Below, in pieces: positions 1-9,485 of a stretch of 64,000 bases of DNA (positions are counted from its first letter, which is position 1; each line of letters starts with the position of its first letter). The stretch spans positions 204,270 to 268,269 of the forward strand of contig JBAYIT010000001.1 in assembly GCA_041665485.1 (NCBI GenBank). The letters are read 5' to 3'. The position numbers were made by a program, and so were the translations under genes. The notes under the pieces were generated by a model. It saw only the letters and a list, made by a program, of their open reading frames with translations, did not search any database and had not been told where the DNA came from. This DNA comes from Candidatus Shapirobacteria bacterium (GTDB taxonomy: Bacteria > Patescibacteriota > Microgenomatia > UBA12405).

Positions 1-809
1 AGGGGACAGTGGAAGCTAGGATCCCACCAAGACTGGAGATTAGAAAAGAGGCACTGATTGAATTACCACACATTATGGTATTAATTAACGATAAAGAGAA
101 AAATGTTATTGAAAAGACGAGAGGGGAAGAAGTGATTTACGATTTTGATTTAATGATGAACGGAGGACATGTTCGAGGGTGGAAGATTATGGATGAGAGG
201 GAGATTGAAAAAATAGCCGAGGCTTTAGAAAAATTGATTAGTAGTGATGGGTTTTTGTTTGCTATGGGAGATGGAAATCATAGCTTAGCAACAGCCAAAG
301 CCCATTGGAATAACTTAAAAACGACTCTGAGTAACCAAGAACAGGAAACTCATCCGGCAAGATTTGCGTTGGTAGAGTTGGTGAATGTGTATGATGATGG
401 TTTGGAGTTTGAACCAATACACAGGTTAGTTTATAAAGTTGAGAGTGACAAGTTAATCAAGTTTTTAGAGGGCGATGGGGAAGAAGTAGCGGTGATAATG
501 CCGGAAGGAGGAAAGAAAATCAGAATTAAAAATAGGGGAAGTAATTTGCCGGTGGGAAATTTGCAGATACTTTTGGATAAATATCTTGAGGAAAATCCGG
601 AAACAAAGATTGATTATATTCATGGCAGGGAGGCGGTGGAAAAACTGGCGAGTGAGCTTCAGGGAGTGGGATTTATTTTGCCGGGAATGGATAAGCTAGA
701 TTTATTCCCAACGGTGGAGAAAGACGGAGCCCTGCCACGAAAAACTTTTTCGATGGGTGAGGCACAAGAGAAGAGATATTACTTGGAGGCGAGGAAAATT
801 GTGCGATAA
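1..809 (+). CDS. DUF1015 family protein (5'-partial)
   Basis: Motifs LFAMGDGNHSLATAK, LVELVNVYDDGLEFEPIHR and GALPRKTFSMGEA are typical of DUF1015; the frame is open to the window edge. Confidence 0.85.
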   Translation, partial: GTVEARIPPRLEIRKEALIELPHIMVLINDKEKNVIEKTRGEEVIYDFDLMMNGGHVRGWKIMDEREIEKIAEALEKLISSDGFLFAMGDGNHSLATAKAHWNNLKTTLSNQEQETHPARFALVELVNVYDDGLEFEPIHRLVYKVESDKLIKFLEGDGEEVAVIMPEGGKKIRIKNRGSNLPVGNLQILLDKYLEENPETKIDYIHGREAVEKLASELQGVGFILPGMDKLDLFPTVEKDGALPRKTFSMGEAQEKRYYLEARKIVR

Positions 810-816
810 TGAGAGG

Positions 817-1254
817 TTATGGAGTACCTTTGGTAATATTCCAAAGAAGATAAAAGATTTGTTTTTGGGTGGTGGCGATTTGTTGATTTTTGACCTCGAC
901 GCCAAAATACTCGTGGTTAAAAATGTGGTAAAAGGCGAAAATGTCGTTATAAATATAGGTATCATGGTTGAGAGTTAGCTTGGCTTTGGGAATAAATCGG
1001 TGTTGATAAAACTTGTTAAAATAGTCCTTGTTTTTGGTAAAAGAATTGTTTTGAGTGGGGTCGTTGCTGATTTCTTTGTTAATAATTTGGCGGTTGAGAT
1101 ATTCTTGGCGTAAAAACTCGGCATATTGGAGACCAACACCTTGATTCCAATCAAGATAGCCGTAACCGACAACTTCGTTGGTGGCGGAGAGGGTGTTGTA
1201 AAGAAGTTGCTTGAGGCCATCAACCCCGCGATAATAAAGAATCTTGGTGGGGGA
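817..1254 (-). pseudogene. 3' half of a TrmB-family transcriptional regulator, split by the island
   Basis: Not in the ORF track because it has no start. Manual translation gives SPTKILYYRGVDGLKQLLYNTL...HDTYIYNDIFAFY...GVEVKNQQIATTQKQIFYLLWNITKGTP*, 145 codons, matching the C-terminal domain of CPR TrmB-like proteins. Confidence 0.85.
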
Positions 1255-2782
1255 GCATCGTTGAATTTATTGGCTGATTTAGGAAGATGTAATACGCTTT
1301 TTTCCAGTCCAATCCGAGTTTTCCGTCTTTCCACACCAAGTTCTCACAGAAAATGTCTACCATCTCTCTTTTGTTGTGGGGTAGTGCGATCCTTAATCTT
1401 TCAGTAACGTATTTGATGTTGTCTAAAAATGCGTTCATTAGGTCGTCTAGCTCGCGTTCAATGTTTTCGCATTTAATAACAGTATTTTTTAATGACGCTT
1501 CTTTTAATTCACTATCTTTTGTTAAACTATCGTAAGCTCCTTTTGTGATCTCTCCGGAAGAAAACTTTCTTCCTATGTTAATTTGTGCTTGTTTCTCAAC
1601 AGAGATTTTTTCTCCCAACTTCCTAATTTCCGCCTTGATTTTTATTAGTTCCGGTTGATTGAGTTCAGTTACGTAACCACGACCGGCACTCCAACCCTCC
1701 TCGTCCAGTTCGATAGATCCGAATGCTTTCATCAAATCATTTTCTAAATTTGACTCTGTTACGTAGCTAGTTCGCTTGATTTCTTTACACGGAGAGTTTT
1801 TCTTTCCGCATCGATAATACGTTATACCCTTCTTGTGTGTTCCCGAAAGCCAACCTCCACATAGCCCGCATTTTATGAGTTTGTTGGAGTAAGCGTAGTC
1901 TAACAAAGTTTCTTTTGGATGTTCGTTATCAGACAATACCTCTTGGACTCGGTAAAATAATTCGGACGAGATAAGCGGCTCATATTCTCCTTTTATTCTT
2001 CCACCCTCATGATAAAAGATTCCGGTATATTGGATATCTATCAATCGATTTCGCCATGTATTTTTTGAAAACTTTCCTGTTGTTGTTTTTGAGTTATTTG
2101 ATCTTAAGCCAATATCATAAGCAAAATCGGCAATTTGTTCGAAAGTAAATTCACCAGTAGCAAACTGTTCAAAAACCCTTTTAACGAGCGGCCCGGTCAC
2201 TGAATCAACCAACCACTTTTTCTGACCTGTTGGGCCTTCTGTTTTATACCCTAAGACAGGCGGTCTTGCAGGATGCTTCATATTATTAGCTTTCGACCTC
2301 ATCCCTGCTTTAGTTCTGATTCCGGTTTCGTCACTAGATTTTTTCGACATCGCAAATTCTATTGCGACCATCAACTGATCAGATGACGAATCGGTAAACA
2401 CTTTTGACGGGGTGTAGATTCTTTTTATCAAACCACTTTGTAAAAACCACAATATCTTACCACCGTCGCCAAAGTTACGTGCCAATCGACTAATTTCAGT
2501 ACACACAATCCCATCAATTTCGCCTCTGTGATCTTCGAGAAAAGTTAACATGTCACCAAAACCATCTCGAACGTAGGCTTCATATCCTGTTTTATCATCC
2601 TTAAAGGTTTTAATAATTGGTTTTAATTGATACTGCTGTGGTGCTTTCCTTGCAAATTCTAATTGATATTCAAGCGAATTCAGTTGCTTGTGGGCTTCAC
2701 CATCCTTGTTGTCTTCCGACGATTTCCGGATATAAGCTACCACTCTATCAAACTTTTGATTATCGTCGCTTGTGGATGTCAT
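1220..2782 (-). CDS. Large serine recombinase (resolvase + recombinase + Zn-ribbon + coiled coil)
   Basis: Catalytic motif VAYIRKSSE, TEISRLARN, PVLGYK, GEYEPLISSELFYRVQE and zinc ribbon CGLCGG...YYRC...C. Confidence 0.93.
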   Translation of the reverse strand: MTSTSDDNQKFDRVVAYIRKSSEDNKDGEAHKQLNSLEYQLEFARKAPQQYQLKPIIKTFKDDKTGYEAYVRDGFGDMLTFLEDHRGEIDGIVCTEISRLARNFGDGGKILWFLQSGLIKRIYTPSKVFTDSSSDQLMVAIEFAMSKKSSDETGIRTKAGMRSKANNMKHPARPPVLGYKTEGPTGQKKWLVDSVTGPLVKRVFEQFATGEFTFEQIADFAYDIGLRSNNSKTTTGKFSKNTWRNRLIDIQYTGIFYHEGGRIKGEYEPLISSELFYRVQEVLSDNEHPKETLLDYAYSNKLIKCGLCGGWLSGTHKKGITYYRCGKKNSPCKEIKRTSYVTESNLENDLMKAFGSIELDEEGWSAGRGYVTELNQPELIKIKAEIRKLGEKISVEKQAQINIGRKFSSGEITKGAYDSLTKDSELKEASLKNTVIKCENIERELDDLMNAFLDNIKYVTERLRIALPHNKREMVDIFCENLVWKDGKLGLDWKKAYYIFLNQPINSTMLPHQDSLLSRG

Positions 2783-3122
2783 CGTTTACTGCTTTGTATA
2801 GCTTTCGACCAAGTAATAATAAATCTTTGGGTTTATTGACACTCCTGTCGACGAGCTTCATTACTTCTTGTAAGTCTGTCTCAACTACTCGATCCTTATG
2901 GATTTTCTCGCCTACTAATCTCTCTCTATAATAAATCCGCGCTTGTGGTTCGGTGTAAACTTTCTTGATTACTTTTACAAATCTTTTCATATCACCAAGT
3001 AGCTTGGCGATGTCAGTCTCACTCAACCCCGGATCGCGTTTTCGCAGGTAGCTTACAAACCTTTTTTGAGCCGGTGTATTGTTGTCCATATTCACGTAAC
3101 TGATTATACAATTATCGGACAC
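2760..3122 (-). CDS. Small basic protein overlapping the integrase start (candidate recombination directionality factor)
   Basis: 120-aa ORF directly upstream of and overlapping the integrase; function inferred from position only. Confidence 0.5.
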   Translation of the reverse strand: MSDNCIISYVNMDNNTPAQKRFVSYLRKRDPGLSETDIAKLLGDMKRFVKVIKKVYTEPQARIYYRERLVGEKIHKDRVVETDLQEVMKLVDRSVNKPKDLLLLGRKLYKAVNDDIHKRR

Positions 3123-3456
3123 TCGTTAATTTCCCACAAACTATTTACTTTGGTTTACTTCTTTTACAAAGGCAAAACGAGTGACATTTATTCAAGATTC
3201 AGTCCCTTAAAAAAATTTCAGAATGGCGATTTCACCCCCATCTCACCCCCATTTTACCACCAGTCTCCTGCCTGACTTTTGTTGACGAATAAAAAATCAT
3301 TTTGTCGATTTTATAACGTTTTTACTACGCTTTTTTTACCATTTGTTTGATGGAAAATTGAGTATACGAAAAATATGTAATTCTTTTTACTTTCTTTTAC
3401 CCAAATAGACAATAAAAGAGGTAGAATACGACAATAAAGATAATATAGATTTTATT

Positions 3457-6321
3457 ATGAAAAAGAATCGTTTTGAGGTAGAAAACTTCAAGTTCAAATT
3501 TTTACCAGATACTCCTCTATCTTCTACAAAAGACACTGTTATGTTTGGTCACGAGCAAGTCGCTAAAGCACTCCTCAATATCGTTGTAGGGTCAACTCCT
3601 CCTTTTACAATAGGGCTTTATGGGGGTTGGGGGTCAGGTAAGTCAACTGTCATCAATTTATTAGCAGAAGAACTGGATAACATAAACGTAAAACATGTCG
3701 TGTTTGATGTTTGGAAATATAGTGAAGATTCTCTCCGTCGCCAGTTTCTCATCGAGTCTGCAAGACAATTAGGACAAACATCCAAAGTAAAAAAACTTAC
3801 GGAAAAGTTCGTATATTCTCTTACTAAAAAAATTGAAACAATCCGGTTTACACCCAAAAAATTTATCGTAAGTATCATCCCCATTGTTTTATTCTCACTA
3901 GTTTGGAGTTGGGTAACAGGGGATATAAACCAATGGAAAAGTATCACAATTCTATGCTTAGGGGGAGCATTTATTTTTCAAAAATATCAAGACAAATTGT
4001 TGATAGTTGATGATAATGTCTTAACTAGAGATAAAATATCCCAACCGGAAGAATTCGAAAATGAATTCAAAGAGATCGTTAATGATAGTAATGAAAACAA
4101 ACTCTTGTTTATTTTTGATAATTTAGACAGGGCTCCGAGGCAAAAAGTTGTCGAACTATTAACCACAATAAAAACATTTCTAGAAATAAGGAAGTGCATA
4201 TTTCTTGTTCCTTGTGATGAAACCGCAGTAAGGAAGCACATTAGCTCTGCCCTTTTGTCAAATGACTCAAAAAAAATATCTGATCAAGATAAACAAGATT
4301 ACGCTGATGAGTTTTTGCGGAAGTTCTTTAATACAGTTGTGAGGATGCCAAAGGTCGAGTATCTAGATCTTGACGTATACACTACATCTCTGTTAAATGA
4401 TACCCAAATAGAACTTTTCAATAAAAACCCAGACTTACTCGAATTAATTACATACTCCTTTAAGAATAATCCGAGGGAGATTAAGCAATTTATTAATTCT
4501 CTGATATCGCTAATAATTATTGTTTATGAAAGATTTGATGAGAAAATAACTAAAAAATTATCCAAAAACGATATTGCATTTTTTGCAAAAGTTCTTATTC
4601 TAAAACAGAAATACCACGACATTTATACAAAGTTGGAAGAGAGCATCTTAAATGATGCCATGGATTGGACTGAAGCCGAAAAAGGAGTCTTGAGGGGAAC
4701 GTTGGAAGAGTCAATGAAGTTTTTGAAAAATACATATTACATCACTCCCGATACTCTCAATGTAGGATCATATATTACATTAAAACAGTCGAAGGAGGAG
4801 ATTTCGTTACCCGGCTGGGAACAATTTATTCAAGCGTGTTTAAGTAGAGATGTCGAATCTGCCTCTAAGTTCGTAAATTCATTCATTAAGCAAGACAAGA
4901 TTAGTATCTTTGAAAACTTTTTACTTTATTATCTAAAATCTAATAGTCAGAGACAGGCTTTAATCAGGCCAATTTCTTCAACATGTGTGAAAGTATTTTC
5001 TGATATCTTAAACACGTCTATTCCTCCTAAGGTTGCTCGTGAATTAGCACGACAGATTTCTGGCCCACTTCTTAGGCCAGACACCTACGAGGATTACCCA
5101 ATACAAAATACAATAAAAGTTGTCAAATCGGGCATTAATAAAACTCAGAACAAAGAGCTTAGTCAAGCCTACATAGGCCTTTTTAATCATGCTGATAACA
5201 ATAGCCGGCTTATACTCAAAGAAGACTATGCATTGTCCATTCTTAATCATGTTTCTACAGATATAGAGTATTTCCAATCATCAATTCGTAATGTTAAAGA
5301 TCTTTTGAAAGATAGATTAAACTCAAGAAAATATATTGAAGTGTTTATCGATAAAGATAATCTTGAAAAGTTTATTTCCAATGAAACAATAACCAACTAT
5401 ATAACAAGAAACTTTGACGCAGGAACACTCAATGACGACGATGAATTGAGAAAAAATCTTGGCCTTTTAAATACAATCGGAGAATTAGACGAAGGACAAA
5501 TAAGGTTAATAGTTGAGAAGGTTAAAGAATTAATTGCCGCAGAATCAAACAATCCACCTGATAGAAACCAGAGAGATGTTTTAATTGAGTTCTTAACAGG
5601 TTTCATTGAGAAATTCCTTGATACTATTTCTACAGCCGAAGTTGAATATGTCAGTTCAAATATCGGCGTAATTTCAACATCAGCGACAGCTTGGTATAAC
5701 AACTCTTCATGGAGCATAAAAACAAAAGTGTTTTTACTTTCTCTCATACTCCGAAAAATTGACAAAAACGATAAAAACACAACTCTAGAAAGTTCTATAA
5801 TAAAGCCGTTTATTCAAAATGCTCCATATGATGAGGCATTTTCTACTTTAGATGAAAAGGTCGTTGAGGAAATAATTTCAAAAAATTATCCAGAATATAT
5901 CAAAGGATGTATGCGGTCATATGATTTTTTTACTAAAGGTTTTAAGTATTTATCATCCGATCAAAGAGGACAAATAGCTCTATCCATGATGTCGTCAAGT
6001 TTGGAGTTCTCTGTAAATGCTATTAAGAAATCTAATTATTTGATTGGTGCATCTACTGTTAGTGTGTTAAATGAACTATTCAATCGACTTGATTCCCAAG
6101 ACGAGAACTTCAAGGCTAATGTTTTCGAAATTGCATATAAAACACATTGTGGAAAAGACCCTGCTGTGGAAGAGAGATTTTTTAATGAGTTAAAGAATGT
6201 AAAGGGAAGTGATTTTGGAGACAGGATGATAAAAAAATATGTCAAAAAGCAGGGGAGGTTGTTTAGTAAAAGTCAGAAAAGTGATTTGTTAAATGTCACG
6301 CCAATACCCGCCGCTTCCTAA
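3457..6321 (+). CDS. KAP family P-loop NTPase with long helical C-terminal extension
   Basis: TIGLYGGWGSGKST Walker A, VVFDVWKY, two TM helices inserted in the NTPase domain, LFIFDNLDR Walker B, EFLRKFF and NNPREIKQFIN. Confidence 0.9.
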   Translation: MKKNRFEVENFKFKFLPDTPLSSTKDTVMFGHEQVAKALLNIVVGSTPPFTIGLYGGWGSGKSTVINLLAEELDNINVKHVVFDVWKYSEDSLRRQFLIESARQLGQTSKVKKLTEKFVYSLTKKIETIRFTPKKFIVSIIPIVLFSLVWSWVTGDINQWKSITILCLGGAFIFQKYQDKLLIVDDNVLTRDKISQPEEFENEFKEIVNDSNENKLLFIFDNLDRAPRQKVVELLTTIKTFLEIRKCIFLVPCDETAVRKHISSALLSNDSKKISDQDKQDYADEFLRKFFNTVVRMPKVEYLDLDVYTTSLLNDTQIELFNKNPDLLELITYSFKNNPREIKQFINSLISLIIIVYERFDEKITKKLSKNDIAFFAKVLILKQKYHDIYTKLEESILNDAMDWTEAEKGVLRGTLEESMKFLKNTYYITPDTLNVGSYITLKQSKEEISLPGWEQFIQACLSRDVESASKFVNSFIKQDKISIFENFLLYYLKSNSQRQALIRPISSTCVKVFSDILNTSIPPKVARELARQISGPLLRPDTYEDYPIQNTIKVVKSGINKTQNKELSQAYIGLFNHADNNSRLILKEDYALSILNHVSTDIEYFQSSIRNVKDLLKDRLNSRKYIEVFIDKDNLEKFISNETITNYITRNFDAGTLNDDDELRKNLGLLNTIGELDEGQIRLIVEKVKELIAAESNNPPDRNQRDVLIEFLTGFIEKFLDTISTAEVEYVSSNIGVISTSATAWYNNSSWSIKTKVFLLSLILRKIDKNDKNTTLESSIIKPFIQNAPYDEAFSTLDEKVVEEIISKNYPEYIKGCMRSYDFFTKGFKYLSSDQRGQIALSMMSSSLEFSVNAIKKSNYLIGASTVSVLNELFNRLDSQDENFKANVFEIAYKTHCGKDPAVEERFFNELKNVKGSDFGDRMIKKYVKKQGRLFSKSQKSDLLNVTPIPAAS

Positions 6322-6344
6322 TTCTAATTGAAACGGACAGATTC

Positions 6345-6563
6345 CTAAAACGGAAATAAATCTTGGACTTTCACATTTAACGCTTTGGCTAGGCGGTATA
6401 CAGTTTTTAACGATGGTTTTCGACTACCTGCCTCAATAAATTGGATATACTTCGTACTCAACCTGACTTTTTCCGCTAGTTGATCTTGAGTAAATCCAGC
6501 CAACTTTCTATATTTTTTAATTCTTTTTCCGAGTTTTAAATCATTTTCAGTAATCATACCCAT
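6345..6563 (-). CDS. XRE-family HTH regulator
   Basis: LGKRIKKYRKLAGFTQDQLAEKV...IEAGSRKPSLKTVYRLAKAL. Confidence 0.92.
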   Translation of the reverse strand: MGMITENDLKLGKRIKKYRKLAGFTQDQLAEKVRLSTKYIQFIEAGSRKPSLKTVYRLAKALNVKVQDLFPF

Positions 6564-6662
6564 AGGGTATGGGTAATGTGATGTTGATAGAACCTACTGT
6601 GTGTATCTGTTTAGATTCAAAAACAGCTTGTTTTTACACCAACTGTCTGTTACTATTTATTT

Positions 6663-6899
6663 GTGAAAGAAGAATATGTTTGTAGGAATTGTGGTTATAT
6701 CGGTGAAGCTGATAAAAAGGTTTCAGGATCATTTTTGGTTGAGGTTTTACTTTGGTGTTTGTTTATTCTCCCCGGAATAATTTACAGTATTTCTAGGTAT
6801 GCCAAAAAAGTCTTGATTTGTCCTGAATGTGAGAAAGAAACTTTAATCCCTACTTCATCAAAAATGGGAATAAAACTCGTAAGAGACATGGGTAGGTAA
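6663..6899 (+). CDS. Small membrane protein with split zinc ribbon (CxxC-TM-CxxC)
   Basis: CRNCG ... hydrophobic LVEVLLWCLFILPGIIYSI ... CPEC. Confidence 0.75.
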   Translation: MKEEYVCRNCGYIGEADKKVSGSFLVEVLLWCLFILPGIIYSISRYAKKVLICPECEKETLIPTSSKMGIKLVRDMGR

Positions 6900-6936
6900 T
6901 TTGGTAAAATACACTTAATCTAGACATTTAATTTCT

Positions 6937-8415
6937 ATGTTTTGGCATGATGTAACCCTAGGAACATTTGACCCGATCAATAAAGGTGTTGGATTAGATT
7001 ATCGTAATCTTTTTCATGACCCCATCTTGGTCGAAACAATTCTCGCACACGAAGGAACCCATTATGCGATTTCTGAGACAACTGAATTCGGTCAAGCTAC
7101 TCATAGCCTCTTTAAATTACAGGATTCAATAGTTAAGATTGACCCAATTGAGTATGAGAATATGTTGGGAATCATTTACAATAGCCAGATCGCAGTTCAA
7201 GAAGGTTTCGCTACTTTGATGGAATTACTAAGACGCAAATCTAAAACTTCAAAAGCAGAAACACTTAGTTGGGCTTCACAAAATTTACCACTAGAATATC
7301 AACGGTGGGTCAATCCAATGTTATTTGTACTCGATTTATCAAGTTCATATCGTGATCAATTTACAGCAAAGGTGTCTCATTTAGCTATGACCACATCAAT
7401 TAGACGAGATATTCCAAAATTAAACCTTCTTTCAGATATCAATAAATTGAGAGACTACCTTGACGAGGATGACAATAATCCAAACAAAAGACTAAACCTA
7501 CTAGTTAATACCCTAAGTTCGAGACCATGGATGTGTACAAAAGATAATAATACTTTACTTAAAGAATCAGGTTTATATGTTCGGGAATCAGTTACAAAAC
7601 CGGAAATAGCGTCATTCTTAACTTACCTTACTTCATTTACAGACAACCCATACAATTTTTCAGAAACAGACATTGGTGACCCTGTTCCTGATAGTAGAGT
7701 GTTCATAGATGCTTTTAACAATACATTTGTTGCGAATATGAATTTAGATTTCACGAAAAATGGCGTTGTTATTTATGATCATAATAAATACGTAATCGAA
7801 TCGAAAAACTTTGAGGCAATAACTGCATTTCCCAGAGAAGGTAGACCTGATTTGACAGACTACCTTAGACGAGTTTCAACAGATGAGCCTGAAGTTGATA
7901 TTATTGGTTTTACAAAAACAGGTACCAGTTTTCTCACTACTACTTCCAAGAAAAAAGCGAAAACACTTATTGAAAGTTTGGATTGTCCATTTTTTGTCAG
8001 ATATGGTGATTTTGATAATCAAAAAAATACCCTGTTTTGGATGCCAGACCTTAAGACACCAGATTTTATTGTCTATAGATATCCGGAAAACTTAAATAGA
8101 TGTTTAGGAGAAATTTTAAAAGCAAGACCAGCCCAGTCTTTTAAACATGTTCATATTGGATCATCTGAGGGGAGTCCTTTACAAACATTGATCGTAAAAT
8201 CTGAGGGTATAAAAACTTTCCATGTGGTAAACACATATGGAAATGTAAAAGTAGGGGAAATAATAAAATCAATCCAAGCACAATCAGCAATAATGAGTAA
8301 CGACGATATCAACAATCTAAAAACACCGATCAATTGTTTCTTTTCTATATGGTCGGGGATGGGATGGAAATTAGATTGGGTAGAAATACTAACTAGCCAA
8401 CAATCTGAAACTTAG
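6937..8415 (+). CDS. Hypothetical protein with N-terminal gluzincin-like HExxH motif
   Basis: ILAHEGTHY followed about 45 aa later by QEGFAT; the remainder is unrecognised. Confidence 0.7.
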   Translation: MFWHDVTLGTFDPINKGVGLDYRNLFHDPILVETILAHEGTHYAISETTEFGQATHSLFKLQDSIVKIDPIEYENMLGIIYNSQIAVQEGFATLMELLRRKSKTSKAETLSWASQNLPLEYQRWVNPMLFVLDLSSSYRDQFTAKVSHLAMTTSIRRDIPKLNLLSDINKLRDYLDEDDNNPNKRLNLLVNTLSSRPWMCTKDNNTLLKESGLYVRESVTKPEIASFLTYLTSFTDNPYNFSETDIGDPVPDSRVFIDAFNNTFVANMNLDFTKNGVVIYDHNKYVIESKNFEAITAFPREGRPDLTDYLRRVSTDEPEVDIIGFTKTGTSFLTTTSKKKAKTLIESLDCPFFVRYGDFDNQKNTLFWMPDLKTPDFIVYRYPENLNRCLGEILKARPAQSFKHVHIGSSEGSPLQTLIVKSEGIKTFHVVNTYGNVKVGEIIKSIQAQSAIMSNDDINNLKTPINCFFSIWSGMGWKLDWVEILTSQQSET

Positions 8416-8573
8416 TATTCAAGTCCACTCTTGCTACTATGTTTGAGCAAAATTATGCGATAGGGGATGATTACCGAGGCAATTTACTAGAATCGAAACA
8501 TCGTACTCCGAAGCTGGAATTGGTGTAAGCAACTGTTTGATATAGTACCTTCTCACAGCTTCCAACCGTCGGA

Positions 8574-8909
8574 GGGGGAGGAACTTTCGAGTTGTTGGAG
8601 ATTGGGGAGGAGAGAGGTGAGCGATTGATGGAGAGTATTGAGTTCAATTTGTTTATTTTGAAGAACAAGTTTTAGTTTTTCTGGAGGGGAGGCGGAGTAA
8701 CGGGTGGTTTTATGGTCGAGGATTTCTTCGACGAGGCCAAGGCGGGAGAGGTGTTCAAGAAGGCGATAAAGAGTGGTGCGGTTTATTGGTAAAGAGCGGG
8801 AAAGAGAGAGGGCGGTTTGGGAGGGTGATTGGAGGAGATTAAGGTAAACTTGGGATTCTTGAGTGGTAAGCCCAAAAGCCTCTAGTTCTGATACTAAGTT
8901 GTTCATCAT
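8574..8909 (-). pseudogene. 5' half (wHTH) of the TrmB-family regulator, split by the island
   Basis: MMNNLVSELEAFGLTTQESQVYLNLL...INRTTLYRLLEHLSRLGLVEE...SASPPEKL is a TrmB N-terminal HTH; it runs into island sequence and stops at 8553. Confidence 0.88.
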
Positions 8910-8958
8910 TATGAACAACAGTTTAACAAATTGGAATATGGGATGTAAAGTAGGGGGT

Positions 8959-9342
8959 ATGAAAGAACAGCTTGGTGGGATTTTGAAAACTAGAAGGGAA
9001 TTGATTAAGTATGATCCATCTTGGTGGGTAGTGGCCACTAATGGTAGGGAGCATGTAGGGGAACACGATTGGGCGGTGCCAATTTCGGGTGGAGAAGAGG
9101 GTGTTTTGTTGTTCAGAGTTAATGGTGATGAATATCTTGATATGACGGTAGAAGTAGGAGAACGAAAAATGTCTATTAGAAAGGTTTGGCCCAAGAATGG
9201 TGAACTTGAATGGGAGGTTAAACTTACTATGGAGATGGCGGGTGAATTGGGCGGAGTATTGAGCGAGGTGGGAGAGTTAATGCAGAAGTTAACGATAGAT
9301 CAAAAGAGAGCGACGGCGTTATGGCCGGTGGGAATTAGATAA
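8959..9342 (+). CDS. Hypothetical protein
   Basis: 127-aa ORF with host-like G-rich codon pattern; TAAAGT lies 7 nt before the ATG. Confidence 0.6.
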   Translation: MKEQLGGILKTRRELIKYDPSWWVVATNGREHVGEHDWAVPISGGEEGVLLFRVNGDEYLDMTVEVGERKMSIRKVWPKNGELEWEVKLTMEMAGELGGVLSEVGELMQKLTIDQKRATALWPVGIR

Positions 9343-9485
9343 TATTCTGGCTTAAGATAGACTAAATAAAAGATAGGCTTCACTAAAGGCCCTAGGAATG
9401 AAGATAGGTGTTAGATCTTAGTTCTTAGATCTTGGATCTTAGATTAGGTTGACACAAATAAAACCCGAAATGGTATTATTAGAAT

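Larger units (their letters stand above)
1249..8580. mobile_element. Integrative element (large serine recombinase island) inserted in the TrmB-family gene
   Basis: GGGGGAG direct repeat at 1249-1255 and 8574-8580. The integrase abuts the left end. The interior is AT-rich, lacks the host G-skew and lacks the host periodic repeats. The flanks are two halves of one gene. Confidence 0.85.

Noticed and set aside
1239-1257. tRNA gene at the island boundary
   Set aside because: Only a 3'-end look-alike; no cloverleaf upstream, and the sequence is TrmB coding DNA.
702-1407. ORFs 702-965, 757-978, 975-1334 and 1126-1407 as genes
   Set aside because: The region is explained by the start-less TrmB 3' half in another minus-strand frame (817-1254).
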